NCBI RefSeq assembly: GCF_006345805.1
Contig: NC_043004.1
Span: forward strand, 124,001 to 188,000
Source of the DNA: Octopus sinensis
Lineage: Eukaryota
Length of the DNA: 64,000 nt
Direction of reading: 5' to 3'
The position numbers and the translations under genes were made by a program. How positions within the stretch are numbered: position 1 is the first letter of the stretch; the number at the start of each line of letters is the position of its first letter. Shown piece by piece: positions 52,600 through 64,000 of this stretch. The notes under the pieces are model-generated. The model ran no database searches. It was given only the letters and a program-made list of their open reading frames with translations, and was not told where the DNA came from.

Positions 52600-53030
52600 A
52601 CAAACAAACATACGAGTGTGCATGCATACACACCACTAGAAAAACATCAACAAAATTAAACAGAAGCATATAAAAATATACATACATACATACATACATA
52701 ATAAATATATATATAACACGCACACACTAATAAACAGCTAACGTACACGTACGTATATATACACACATAAACATAAGTAACACATACACACACGTATGTA
52801 CGTATACGTATCTATGAATATATTTAAGTGTATGTATGTATGTATATGCATGTGTAGATAAAATGTGTATGTGTATATGTGTGTATGTGTGTGTGTGTAT
52901 GTGTGTGTGTGCTGACAATGAAGGCTGGAAGCGGAAATCCATCGGCCTAACTGCGTCATTCTCACGCTATACAGACAGTCGTTCCTATTTCTTTTCCCCA
53001 TTCCGTCTGTCTGTCTGTATGTATGTGTGC

Positions 53031-53078
<48 letters not shown>

Positions 53079-53085
53079 AGACGTC

Positions 53086-53121
<36 letters not shown>

Positions 53122-53346
53122 CAGTTGTTGCCTCTATGCGTGTGCGTTGGGTAAGATTTATAGGAAGTGAAAAGTGACAAACTCTACAAGTTAACTCCCG
53201 TCAGCCATCTCTCAACACGTGATCATTTATCACCGTTCAATTGTCCACTAATAGACTCGAGTCGACCGTATGAAAGAGCGTAGACTGTAATAAAAATCTA
53301 CGGATGTCAACAAAATACGAAAAAGAACTATTGCATTCGTTCCTTG

Positions 53347-53396
<50 letters not shown>

Positions 53397-53413
53397 AGTG
53401 TGTGTGTGTATAT

Positions 53414-53484
<71 letters not shown>

Positions 53485-53569
53485 ATATACATACATACAC
53501 ACACACCCACACACACAAACACACATATATATATATACGCTCACACACACACACTCACATATATATATA

Positions 53570-53750
53570 GTTGAAATTTATAGAAAAGCAGAAGGCGAAG
53601 ACAGGTGTATGAACAACAAGCAAGTGTATTAGTTTGACGCTCGGGAAAATGAAAAAGTCTTTCACGTTTCGAGCTTACGCTTTTTCACCAGAATGGAATA
53701 AGGAAAAATAGAGTGAAAGTGAAAAAAATTTGTAAATTTCAGCGGTCCAA
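53570..53750 (-). mobile_element. Family D element with a decayed hammerhead (53658-53693)
   Basis: CTGGTGA-AAAAGC(GTAA)GCTC-GAAA-C-GT-G-AAAG; core and cleavage site mutated. Confidence 0.6.
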
Positions 53751-53944
53751 CATATATATATATATATATATATGTATGTATATACATAGGAGAGGAAAAA
53801 GTAATAAGGCAGAATGCTAAATTGAAAGTAAATTTTAATAAAAATGGGTGTATGAAAAATATAAAAAAAAAGAAATCCAACCGACTTTCATTAAAAGGCA
53901 AATTTTCAAGATTTGGAAGGGGAAATTTGTTTTTTTATATATGA

Positions 53945-54270
53945 CCAGCTTTCGTCAGTAAGCTACGTACTGGTTGGTCGAAATCCACTTAGAACTTAGT
54001 TGGCACGCTCACCAATCCGAGACATCTACGCTACATGCTGATTGGTCAAAATATAGTTCGTAAAAATCAGCCTGCGGGAGCCCATCGGTGAGTGTTTAAA
54101 GACAATATCTATTCTTTTCACCACATTTGTCAATTGTGGAGCATGACTGTCACTACACGAACCTGATGATTGCGTAACGCATGAAAGTACTAGTTTATTT
54201 CAATATTGTAAAATTGTAAAAATTGCAAATAATAAAATGTGAAAATGGGACTTAGATCGAATTTCATTGA
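53945..54270 (+). mobile_element. Solo pLTR-like unit of a Penelope-like element
   Basis: CCAAT boxes (CCAATC, CTGATTGG), TTTAAA, hammerhead motif, then AATAAA at 54231. Confidence 0.55.
54159..54196 (+). ncRNA. Minimal type I hammerhead ribozyme with canonical core
   Basis: GAAC-CTGATGA-T-TGCG(TAA)CGCA-T-GAAA-GTAC-T-A-GTTT: palindromic AGTACT stem III, CUA triplet, 4-bp stems I and II. Confidence 0.7.
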
Positions 54271-54289
54271 TTGTGTGTGTGTGTGTGAT

Positions 54290-54640
54290 ACATTAGACAG
54301 GTGTCTTCTACTATAACATCATGCGACCAAAGCCTTGTGAGTGGATTTGATAGACAGAAAATGAAAGAAGTTTGTCGTATATGTATATAATATATATATA
54401 TATATATATATTTATGTATGTGTGTCTTTGTGTCTTTGTGTCTGTGTTTTTTCTTCCGTCACCACTTGACAACTGATGCTGCTGTGTTTACGTCCCCCAA
54501 CTATGCAGTTCGGCAAAAGTGACCGATGGAATAAGTACTGAGCTTACAAAGAATAAGTCCTGGGGTCAGTTTCGTCGACTAAAAGGTGGTGCTCCAGCAT
54601 TGCCGCATTCAAATGACTGGAACAAGCAAAAGAATAAAAG
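54290..54640 (+). mobile_element. Family A SINE lacking its head
   Basis: GGTGTCTTCTACTATA...CCAAAGCCTTGTGAGTGG...GACTGGAACAAG. Confidence 0.8.
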
Positions 54641-54667
54641 AAAAAATTTATACGTACATACATATGT

Positions 54668-54750
<83 letters not shown>

Positions 54751-54799
54751 TTAAAAAAATATACAAACTGGACAAGAAATGTATATATATATACGTATG

Positions 54800-54916
54800 G
54801 TCTTGTATGTAAGTACATATTTCTTTAAATTTGGTACGACTCTATAACACTGTCTCTCTCTCCCCCCCTCTCCTACATTTTTCTGCCTTTCACACTTTAC
54901 ACTCCACTTTGATCTG

Positions 54917-54959
<43 letters not shown>

Positions 54960-55640
54960 ATCCACCTTTTCTCTTTTCTTGCCTCTGATTCTTTGGTCTC
55001 CTCTTCCCCCACTCTCTCACATTTCTCTGTCTTTTTCACTTTGCACCTCACTGATTCTGTCGCCAAGCCAATGCTTGGCACGCTCTCTTTCTTCTCCCCT
55101 CTTTAATTTCTTCTTTCTCTCTCTTCTCCCCCTTTTGTGCCTTTGGCCCTCTTTTTGATTCCTTTGGCCCTCTCTTTGATTCCTTTGCCCCCTCTTTTTC
55201 TCTCTCTTCTCCTCTCACGTGACCGCTGGTCAACTAGCCTTTCGGCTTCTGACCACCGCCACGAGAACATCGTTTTCTTCGTCTGCCGAAAAAGGCATTT
55301 TTTCCCAAATGCGCCAGCTAAGCTAAGTTGTACTGTCTATAGTCGTAAGACACCCGCTATTTTTGTCCTGTTATTACTATTATTGTTTTTTGTATTTATA
55401 TTCGTGTGGCATCATCCGTTTTTCTGTCCTTGTTTCGTATACATTCGATCCTTTTTCCAAGAAATCTAATGCTCGTAGCTTAGTTTTTCCTTGTGGCTGG
55501 CCGGATCGGAGCGATCTCAAGATTAATCAGCCGAAATTGCGAGGATGATCCGGTTCTTGACTGAAGATTGAAGGCTTCGAATGTCCGTGTTTTTTATATC
55601 GTCTTCTAAATGTTTTACGTTCTTCTCCCAGTTTGTATTT
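54800..55640 (+). mobile_element. Longest family F element (CT-rich 5' part), between (TA)n tracts
   Basis: Contains the segments seen at 4903-5045 and 38465-38625; same layout as family E. Confidence 0.55.
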
Positions 55641-55643
55641 TTC

Positions 55644-55689
<46 letters not shown>

Positions 55690-56362
55690 GTATGCTTCTT
55701 TCCCTGGAGACTGTCAGATTGGTGTAGAAGCCCCTGATAAGAACTAGAATAATTAAATTCCACAGAACCTTTCACAAGGCTTCTGTAACCGAAAGAAGAG
55801 ACCTCAGACTTTTCAGATTTTTTGCAATGGAACCAACTCTGCAGAGGACAGGGGAAGCAGATGGCAATGCTGAACTCTGCTACGGATTTTTTGACCGAAT
55901 CATTGCCCATTAGTGAAAACATCCGATGCGTGGCGGCAGTTATGATGGAGAAAGTAAGCTTTCAATAAAACGACATCAAGGAACAGCTCAGTTTCAAGAA
56001 TAGCTTATATATTCAATGTAATGTCTTTGATGTACGATTATTAAAGACTATGAGTTATGGTATTCTTTTAACATTCTTATACGACTGTATAAAGCTGTAT
56101 AAAATGGTAAAACTGCTTGGTATTTCAGATAATCTATCAATATCTTGGTTTGAAGAAATTCCTATTATTTAGAAGCATTAAGGCAGAAAACTGGCCGAAT
56201 CGTTAGCACGTCAGGCAAAAATGCCTAGCGCCATTTTGTCCACCTTTATGACCCGAATTTGAATGCGGCCATGTTGGAGCATCGCCTGGAACAATTTTAG
56301 TCAAACGAATTGACGACACCAGTGTTTATTGTTTTTTAAAGCTTGGTATCTACTCTATCGCG

Positions 56363-56398
<36 letters not shown>

Positions 56399-56458
56399 GT
56401 GTGTATGTACGTATGCATATATATATACATAGATAGATCGATCGATAGATAGATAGAT

Positions 56459-57674
56459 AAAATGGATTAGCAACTAAGTTCCCGCTGTTTTTTTTTAAAT
56501 TGAAAGTTTTTAAAAGGTTTAATAAAAAATAGCAACTAATTAATCAATAATGTATTCACCCTTCTTGTTTACAATTTCTTCCTAACGTTCAACAAGATTT
56601 TCAATACCTCCTTGGTAGAAATCACCCGATTTCGACTCGAAAAAATGATCTAACCAAGCTCTCAATTCTGCATCAGTATTGAACGAAACTCCGCGCATAG
56701 CATTTGAAAGAGACCGAATGAGGTGGAAATCCGTTGGTGCCAAATCAGGGGAGTACGGCGGGTGTGGTAGCACTTCCCAGTCATGCGTTTGAATGGCTTC
56801 CTTGGTCATATTGGCGAGATGAGGGCGGGCGTTGTCGTGCAGCAGAAGAACGCCATGCTGCCGATTAGGTCTTTTATGTTGAATAGCCGTGTTGAGTAGT
56901 TCCATCTGTTGAACATAGAGTTCCGCGTTGACCATTTAGTTCCGTTCAAGCAAGTCATAATGGATAACCCCTTCCCAGTCCCACAACGCTGCTTCATATT
57001 AATGTACAGGCACCATTTTTTTTGTTACCAGTAACGATTCGGTAAAGAAATCGTTGCATGTGTCCATGAGTTGAGCGGTGACGAGGAAGCAAACCAGCGG
57101 AGATTGTGGCTTGTTGATTCTTGTTGTTGTCACTTAAAGCATGCGGAACCCATGCGGAACCCATGCTCCATACTTCTGAACCTTTTCCATCGAGTGAAGA
57201 TGCTTCTGTATAGCAGTGTGGGAGCATTCCATTTTCGCTGCCAGTTCCCTTGTCGTTCGACGAGAATTATCGTGCAAAATTTCGTTTAATCGCTCTTCAT
57301 CGAACTCAACTGGACGGCCAGAATGAGGTGCGTCTTTGAGGTCAAAATTTCCATTTTTGAACTTGGCATACCAATATCAACAGCGGTTTTTTCAGCTATG
57401 ACACCCTCTCCAAACACAGCACAAATGTCACGAGCAGCTTTTGCGGCTTTAGAACCTTGATTAAAAGCAAAAAGAAGGAGGTGTCAAAAATGCTCGTTTT
57501 TCTTAACTTGACATTCCATTTTAATGATCTGAAAATAAACAAAAATTAACTAAAATTAACTAGAAAAACAAACAAACTAACAAACAAAATGGATTCCAAA
57601 ATGATTCAAAAATAGAATTCTCGAAAAAAATAGATTTCAAAATTTAAAAAAGCGGCTGGAACTTAGTTGCCAAA

Positions 57675-57680
<6 letters not shown>
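56459..57680 (-). mobile_element. Full-length mariner transposon, inactive
   Basis: TIRs TTAGCAACTAAGTTCCCGCTG... / ...GCGGCTGGAACTTAGTTGCCAAACCAATA followed by TA; about 1.2 kb. Confidence 0.9.
56582..57519 (-). pseudogene. Mariner DD34D transposase pseudogene
   Basis: ATG at 57519 (MECQVKKNEHF*); WVPHAL, HDNARPH and PYSPDLAPTDF motifs; stop codons and frameshifts. Confidence 0.9.
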
Positions 57681-57744
<64 letters not shown>

Positions 57745-57745
<1 letters not shown>

Positions 57746-57915
57746 GATGGGATTCTCTCAGTTTCCGACTACCAATCCACTCACAAAACAACAAAGCAGT
57801 AGCCGGCCCAAGATCATAGTAGAAGATATTTGCCAAAGGTCCCACTACGTGGGACCGAACCCAGAACCACGTTATTGGGAAACAAGCATCTTACTACACA
57901 ACCCACGCCTGCGTC
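57745..57915 (-). mobile_element. Old family A SINE 5' half
   Basis: CTCAGTTTCCGACTACCAATCCACTCACAA...GGGACCGAACCCAGAACCAC. Confidence 0.65.
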
Positions 57916-58495
57916 AAGTATTATTTATTTATTTATTTATTTTAGAGACAGCTTTGCAACTGGATGAAAAAGTAAATACTTTCATGAAATGTCAAAGACT
58001 TAGAAAAGTCAGCGATTTCAAAAACTGGAATGTCACACAACTTAATCACAAAGTCGGTAATTCCTTCTCACAATATGTCTCTGCTTTTGTTTTCGGTTTT
58101 CAAAAATCCTTTAAATGCAAGTGAGAAAATTCTTTACGTTTAACTCTTTTAAGAAATTAAATTCAAGTAACATTAATTTTGGTTGATATTGGTTTCAAAT
58201 ATTAGCACAAGGTTAGAAATTTCGGTTGGGGTTAAATCAATTACACCTACAACAGCGTTCAACTGCTACTTATAGTATCGACCGCGAAATGATGAAAAGC
58301 AAAGTCGACTTCGGAGCATTTCCGACTTAAATACAAAGAAATGATTGTAATAAACTATGAACTGTCGACGTCTGGGTCTCGTATCCGTTATAAAAAAATT
58401 TTGAATCTAATATTTTGGTCGAGTCAGTCTACTGTTATTAAGTTTCGCTTGCGGGGACACAAGGGTTTTTAGGCAAGTCATGACCAATACATACA

Positions 58496-58584
<89 letters not shown>

Positions 58585-58611
58585 GTGTGTGTGTGTGTGT
58601 ATAAATATAAG

Positions 58612-59130
58612 CACAGGCATGGGTGTGTGGCAAGAAGTTTGCTTTCTAGTTACATAGATCCATGTTCAGTGTCTTCTAATATAGCCTTGGGTCGACCAAA
58701 GCCTTGTGAGTGGATTTGGTAGACGGAAACTGAAAGAAGCCCCTCGTATATATATATATATATACGAGGGGTGTATGAAAAGTCTTCAACCTAAAAACAA
58801 AAACACATGGTACAAGACTTCAACGCTCAAAGGCCTTGAAGGTTCAAAACTTTTCATACACTCCTCGTATATATGTGTGTGTGTGTATATGTGTGTGTGT
58901 GTATATGTGTGTGTTTGCGTGCATGTGTGTGTGTGTTTGTATCCCACCACCGCTTGACAACCGGTGTTGGTTTAGTTGCGTCCCCATGATCTAGAGACCG
59001 ATAGAATAAATACCAGGCTTTAAAAAAGAAAAAAGATTTCCGGGGACCGATTCATTCGACTAAAAATTCTTGAAGGCGATGCCCCAGCATGGTCGCAGTC
59101 TAATGGCTGAAACAAGTAAAAGATAAAAGA
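58612..59130 (+). mobile_element. Family A SINE carrying a MITE in its (TA)n tract
   Basis: Head, body and tail recognisable. Confidence 0.8.
58765..58867. mobile_element. 103-bp mariner-type MITE with TA target duplication
   Basis: TA-CGAGGGGTGTATGAAAAGT ... ACTTTTCATACACTCCTCG-TA (1 mismatch). Confidence 0.85.
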
Positions 59131-59179
59131 TAAAAAACATACAGACGCGCGCACGCACACACACACACACACAGAAGCA

Positions 59180-59430
59180 GTGTTCGTAATTCTGTGTTCA
59201 TTGTTTTGTTTTTGTTGATTAGACAAGTTGAGACGAAATCCTTTCGGTATTGTAGTATAAAACTTCCTGTTAGCGAGGTTTAGCTGGTCGGAAAGAACTT
59301 CCGGTGTTGACATGTGAAGAATGTAGCCGTGCCGTTACGAAGCGATTTCTTCCAATACCGAGCGCCATTTTATCAGTATTTGCTGCTGACATATAAGACA
59401 CATTGTGGGTCAAAGGTCAAGTAGTTGTTG
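59180..59430. promoter_or_regulatory. Candidate cis-regulatory cluster
   Basis: ETS sites ACTTCCTGT (59262) and ACTTCCGGT (59297), YY1 CGCCATTTT (59363), perfect DR1 GGGTCAAAGGTCA (59407-59419) in non-repeat DNA. Confidence 0.3.
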
Positions 59431-59559
59431 TTCAAGTATCGCTTATATTGCATTAGAATTGGTTTAAAGATATCTAATGGTCCTTGATTCCTGCAAATAT
59501 CTAATGATATAGAGAACACCTTAATTTTGTTTACTAGGCAGAGTGATGCATTTGGCAGC

Positions 59560-59940
59560 AAGCTGGCAGAGTCGTTAGCACGTCGGAAAATAAAATGCTT
59601 CTTGCTTTACGTTCTGCGTTCAAATCCCGCCAGGGACGACTCTGTTTTTCCTCCTTCTGGGGTCGATAAAATAAGAACCAGTTGAGCACTAGGGTCGACG
59701 TAATCGACAAGCACTTAATCCCAAAATTTCAGGTTTTGTGCTTATCGTAGAAAGGATTTTGTTTATCAGGTATGGAAACGTAAAAAGTGGCAGCTGACAG
59801 AAAATTTGACCCGTAGGATGAAATGCTTAGCGCCATTTCTTCCGGCTTTATACGTTATGAGCTTAAATCCCTCCGAGGTTGATAAAACAAAGTACCAGTC
59901 AAGTACTGAAGTCGATGTAATCTATTTGTCCCCTATCCTC
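59560..59940 (+). mobile_element. Two diverged family C SINEs
   Basis: AGCTGGCAGAGTCGTTAGCACG...GGGTCGATAAAATAAGAACCAGTTG. Confidence 0.7.
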
Positions 59941-60448
59941 GAGCCGGTGCCCCTTTCAAGGGGAATGTTGTGATCTCTAATCGTTTATACACCAGGGAAA
60001 CTTTCCCAAGATACGACAAAATTTGTTACAACACACGAATTCACATCGAGGATATTGCCGAACAGATACAAAAACGAAGTAAAATATTATACTTAATTTT
60101 TAAATAGGTGCATGTTGGACCCTAGAGGTTCTGGCAGTATAAAACATTTGTCCTGTTTTCAATTCACAGGTGTCGCTATTTCATTGCACTTCAGTCTAGT
60201 AGTTGTCTCTTGGAGAATGAAATGACCATCACAACTTCTCCTGACTGTACCTCTTAAAAAATTTCTTGCAGCCAAAGTGATAAAAGTGTTTTTAAAAGTG
60301 TTGTTTTATGAGGTTGTATACAACTTTAGAATGGTGCGCGGATATCGGGACGGTATCATGACGGAATGATACAATTCGTTAAACAATGCAAACATTTACT
60401 TCAAAATTCGAAAGCTGTCAAAAAAGATCAATCCATATTTTGCTTGAA

Positions 60449-60449
<1 letters not shown>

Positions 60450-60505
<56 letters not shown>

Positions 60506-60714
60506 AATAATAATATTAATAATAATAATAATAATAATAAAATAATAATAATAATAATAATAATAAAATAATAATAATAATAACAATAACAATAATAATA
60601 ATAATAATAATAATAACGATAATGATAATAATAATAATAGTAATAATAATAATAATAATAATGACAATAATAATGATGATGATGATGATGACAGTAATAA
60701 TAATAATAATAATA

Positions 60715-60767
<53 letters not shown>

Positions 60768-60845
60768 GGTGGTGGTGGTGGTGGTGGTGGTGGTGGTGGT
60801 GATGGTGATGACGACGATGATGATGATAATATTATTATTAATATA
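60450..60845. repeat. Compound (AAT)/(GAT)/(GGT) microsatellite
   Basis: Read directly from the sequence. Confidence 0.95.
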
Positions 60846-61209
60846 ATTATAAAAGAATCAGGAACAATAACAGAAAAATAAGCATAAAAGCAACAATAAA
60901 AAACAGCACTAGCAGCAAAATCAATATCAACAACAACAACAAAAATGTCGGAAGCAAAGAAAAACAAACAAACAAAAAATAAAACAAAAATTAATACAAG
61001 AATTGATAGAAAAGTGGAAAGAGAGAAACAATAAGAGCAGCTCCACTGACAACAACAGTAACAGCAATGACAACCATAACAATAACAACAACGTCAACAA
61101 CAAGAAGAAGAATCGGTAGAGCACTAGAGTTTGTCAATAATAAAACAAACATATTTACAAGGTCAGTTTTGTTGATTATTTGGTATTTTTCAAAGAGAAA
61201 AAAAGAAAT

Positions 61210-62430
<1,221 letters not shown>

Positions 62431-63019
62431 ATAAATAAAAAGAAATATTGCTTTCAATAATGAGTTTGACATAGTTAATTGTTTTATTTGCTATTCATTT
62501 TATTTTGTTTTGTTATCTTTTAATTTGTTTCATTTTATTTTATAATTGAATGGTAAAATCGTTAAAGTGCTATTCATCCTGGCCGTTTCATTTTACGTTC
62601 AAATCTCACCAATTTATGAACATTTGTGCGTTTAAACAGTGGAAAGAGTCCAGTCAGCACAAAGTGAAATTCACTTATTTTCTTAAAAGTTGCATCGTCT
62701 TAAATCGCATCACTAAATTTCGTTGTGTTCTAACTGCTCAAGCGATTGAAGTCGGTGAGCTGCATAACTGTATATAAGGAAAAATATTCGCAAACGAATT
62801 CAAAATGTAAATATGATTAGTTACAACTAATCCTTCAAAACATAACAATCTGACTGTACATTCATATATTCAGTGCTGTGTGCAGAATGTGTGATATATT
62901 TGTTTACTTACGAAAACATGTGATGTTGCCATGTCTTTAGTACAGTGGCACTTGTTGAAAATTTAGTATCGATGAATATATCAATATATATATTCTTCTA
63001 TTTGCTCAGGTTTCAAAGT

Positions 63020-64000
63020 GTGGCAAAACACCCATCGGAAGTAAAATGCGTGAAGTGCTCGCACGAAGTTCCGATCATGGAGAAAACAGTGTAAAAGATT
63101 GTAATAGAATGTTATACATTTCAGAGAGAGAGAGAGAGAGAGGGGGGGGAGAGAAGTGGAAGAAAAGAGAGATGAGAAGAGGAGAGAGATGAGAAGAGGG
63201 AGAGAACGAGAAAATGTTTTTCAGAATAGTAGGCTTATCCAACTAGAGTATCTAAAATAATGTCTCATAAGAAGAGTGCTTGTGTCACTCAAAGAAACAA
63301 AAAAAAAAATCTGGACGAAGAATCTCGTGCAATTTCAAGACTCACATAGGAAAAGAAGACCTGTTCCTCCAGAAGAGCATTCTTTGGGAAACAACTGCAG
63401 GATACCAATGAAACTTCAAATTGTCGGTCGCTACCATCAGAGGAAGGAAAGAAAGAAGAAAGGAAATTTTTATGGCAAAAGAAATTAAATTTCCCATATT
63501 TATCAATTCAAAATGTACAAGCAAAAGTAGAAAAAAGTGCTGAATACCTATGATGAATGTTAAAACGAGGAAAATACTATTCATTGAAAGGAATTCTTGA
63601 CATCACAAAGGAAAACGGGGAAAGGCTGTGTAGTGAGGATTGAAGGTTATATTATCGTGAAATTGAAAGTAAGGGACAGGTTGGGTATACAGCTGGAAAG
63701 GCAGCCAGTTCCAAAACTATCCATCCATCCAAAAGAAGAAAAGTGTCCTTAATGCCAACTATAACCAGAGCAACCCCAGTGTCATCGTCAGCGTCTGAAG
63801 AAGAGACTGAAAGTGAATATCAAGAGTCCGAAAAATCAGATGAAGAATCCACAAAAATAAAGAGGAAGTATAGCAAAACTGGAACTGCAACCAAGTTAGT
63901 AATATCTTCCAAACTATCAACTCCAAAAAGCAGCAACAGTTTGTCGACAATTATCTCAAGATAGAATCAATATCGAGACTCCTTCCCAATCTGGTATTTA
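63020..64000 (+). pseudogene. Decayed coding-like region, probably an unclassified DNA transposon, running off the window end
   Basis: Broken frames KEIKFPILS...ILDITKENGERLCSED*RLYYREIESKGQVGYTAGK...TIHPSKRR and an acidic SEEETESE stretch. Confidence 0.35.

Noticed and set aside
55555-55590. CTGAAGA-TT-GAAGGCTTC-GAATGTC (also at 4945) as a type I hammerhead
   Set aside because: GAAU instead of GAAA, so no 15.1-16.1 pair, and stem I does not pair; kept only within the permuted-motif finding

Overview
AT-rich, repeat-saturated eukaryotic DNA with no intact host gene that I can support; it is most likely intronic or intergenic. The SINE families and the density of (TA)n, (TACA)n, (TAA)n and (GATA)n tracts point to an octopus genome (inferred from recognising the repeats, not from a search). 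Contents: (1) dozens of copies of three tRNA-headed SINE groups (labelled A, B and C here); (2) decayed LINE fragments (CR1-like, RTE-like, Tx1-like, three Dong/R4-like pieces sitting in (TAA)n, and one other RLE-type piece at (TACA)n); (3) a full-length but dead mariner, two internally deleted maT/Tc1-like copies and several MITEs; (4) short non-coding elements docked in (TA)n that carry minimal hammerhead-ribozyme motifs of the Penelope-like/retrozyme type. Group 4 is the most interesting signal. It includes a canonical motif in a solo pLTR-like unit (54159-54196), a U3-A8 covariant core repeated in a 383-bp tandem (40728-40764, 41111-41147), and a recurring permuted GAAA...CTGANGA motif in five copies. 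Several near-perfect fold-back palindromes and tandem duplications are bounded by microsatellites; they may be real template-switch products or long-read assembly artefacts. Repeat boundaries were set by eye and are approximate. Family labels A-G are my own.
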